From Nitrospirota bacterium (GTDB taxonomy: Bacteria > Nitrospirota > JACRHJ01): a DNA stretch of 64,000 nt. The DNA is taken from assembly GCA_963733375.1 (NCBI GenBank), contig CAVTDB010000006.1, forward strand, positions 1 through 64,000, given 5' to 3'. Below the pieces are notes generated by a model. That model searched no databases and was not told the DNA's origin. It saw only the letters and a program-made list of their open reading frames with translations. Position numbers and translations under genes: made by a program. Positions 62,113 to 64,000 of the stretch are shown here, one piece after another; position 1 is the stretch's first letter; the number at the start of each line of letters is the position of its first letter.

Positions 62113-64000
62113 CTGAGTTCCTCCAGACGCCGGTAGCTCTCCCCCAGCTTCTCCTTTTTCTGGGTAAGCTCAGCAATTATCCCTTTTGTCTTCTCTAATA
62201 CCTCCGGCGGGGCCTTCTTCACGAACCCCTCGTTCGCCATCTTCGCCTCAAACGGCTTTAAGCTCCTTATCCGTCTTCTCTATCTCTTTTTTAAGCCGGC
62301 GCGGTTTCGGCCTCTATGTCCACCACGCCCGAGAGGAGTATGTAAATTTCCGCGTCCGTGGTAACGGCTACCGCCGACATTTTGGGCTTATCGGCGGAAG
62401 CTGAAATTTTAACGTCATGAAGCCGCGAGAGCTTCATGAGGTAATCGGCGTGAGACTGTAAGAAATCCTGCGCCAGGGTAGACAGAGGCCGGACCACCAC
62501 GTCCAGTTCCACGGACGGGTTTATATTCATCTCGCCCCGTACGTTCCTTATTCCCATAACCGCGTCCATAAGGATTTTCATCTGGGCTTCAGCCCCCGGG
62601 TCCTTTAAATCCGCGACCGAAACGGGGAAGGGGGCAACCATTATAGAATCCGCCCTCTCAGCCATCGGCAGGCTCTGCCATACCTCTTCCGTAATGAAGG
62701 GCATGAACGGGTGGAGCATACGAAGCGCCTGCTCGAAAACGTTTACCAGGATATTGAGCGTGGCGTCTTTCCTCGCCCCGGGCTCGCCGTAAAGAGCCGG
62801 TTTCGCCATTTCCAGATACCAGTCGCAGAACTCATGCCATGTGAAATGGTAAAGCGCGTTGGCCGCGTCGTTGAAGCGGTAATCGCTAAGTGCCTTGTCC
62901 ACCTCGGCGGCGACGGTCTGGAGGCGGCTCACTATCCATTTATCCGGAAGGCTCCCGATATCCTCTTTTGCAAGCGGGCGGGCCTGGAACTCGCCCAGGT
63001 TCATGTGCAGGAACCGCGCCGCGTTCCATATCTTGTTGCAGAAGTTCCGGTAGCCCTCGATACGCTCCTCGGACAGCTTCACGTCCCGCCCCTGGGCGGC
63101 CATCGCGGCCATCGTGAAGCGGAAGGCGTCCGTGCCGTATTTCTCCACCATGATGAGCGGGTCGATTACGTTCCCCTTGGACTTGGACATCTTCTGGCCC
63201 TGGGCGTCACGGACAAGCGCGTGGATATAGACATCCTTAAACGGAGGTTGTCCCATGACCTTTATCCCCATCATTATCATGCGGGCGACCCAGAAGAACA
63301 GTATGTCGAACGCCGTAACCAGGACTGAAGTGGGGTAGTAGAATTTCAGTTCCGGCGTCTCGTCGGGCCAGCCCAGGGTGGAGAAGGGCCAGAGCGCGGA
63401 GGAGAACCACGTGTCCAGCACGTCCGGGTCCTGGATAATGTTCCTGCTCCCGCACGGGCAGACAACCGGGTCCTCCCTGGCCACTACCACCTCACCGCAC
63501 TCGTCGCAATACCATGCCGGGATACGATGGCCCCACCATATCTGGCGGGAGATGCACCAGTCGCGGATGTTGTTCATCCAGTCGAAGTAGGTGTTCTCCC
63601 ATCCCTTCGGGATTATTCTGACCTGCCCCTCCTGCACCGCCTTTATCGCCGGTTCGGCCAAAGGCTTCATCTTCACGAACCACTGCTTGCTGACTGCCGG
63701 CTCGATGACAGTCTTGCACCTGTAGCAATGCCCGACGGAGTGCGCGTAGTCCTCGATCTTATTGAGGAACCCGCCGTTGTCTAAGTTCCAGGACAAGCTT
63801 GGAGCGCGCATCGAACCTGTCCATCCCCTTGTATTTTCCGGCCTCTTCGGACATCCTCCCGTCATCTTCCATTATCCGGATCAGCGGGAGGTTATGCCGC
63901 CTGCCGAGTTCGAAGTCGTTCGGGTCGTGCGCCGGGGTTATCTTTACCGCCCCGGTGCCGAAGTCTTTGTCCACGTAGCTGTCTGCGATTATCGGGTATG
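62109..64000 (-). CDS. valS: Valine--tRNA ligase (5' part outside window, frameshifts near 62295, 62190 and 63785)
   Basis: [53 protein letters not shown]. Confidence 0.96.

Overview
A GC-rich bacterial chromosomal window from a probable anaerobe. Gene content (TIGR04442-like protein, MshEN protein, ispE-spoVG-tRNA-Gln-prs, MqnA, multiheme cytochrome) resembles Nitrospirota or deltaproteobacteria-type organisms; this taxonomy is an inference. The main feature is a ~16 kb Wood-Ljungdahl cluster (10.1-26.2 kb: cooC, 5-formyl-THF cyclo-ligase, folE, metV, metF, panB, thyX, cooC2, panG-like, acsE, acsD, acsC, acsB, cooS/acsA, fhs). It embeds folate, CoA-precursor and thymidylate genes, but folD and a formate dehydrogenase are not in this window. 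After it come a putative sigma54-driven moaD/response regulator followed by fdhD, an accessory region (Pro-rich/BACON-like 7-heme cytochrome, heavily frameshifted secreted proteins, TetR-TolC-MacAB-type efflux), and housekeeping genes (mqnA, mobA, tatA, ispE, spoVG, tRNA-Gln, prs, rplY, pth, hppA, ychF, rpsF-ssb-rpsR, porin, nucleotidyltransferase, ald, nadC, valS). The 5' end holds a relic of an internally deleted cdc48-like gene. Single-base frameshifts hit essential genes (valS, pth, thyX, folE), so most splits and apparent fusions in the ORF track are probably long-read consensus errors. Several REP-like palindromic repeat families are present. I saw no CRISPR-Cas, integrase or transposase. 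All product calls come from motif recognition, not database searches.
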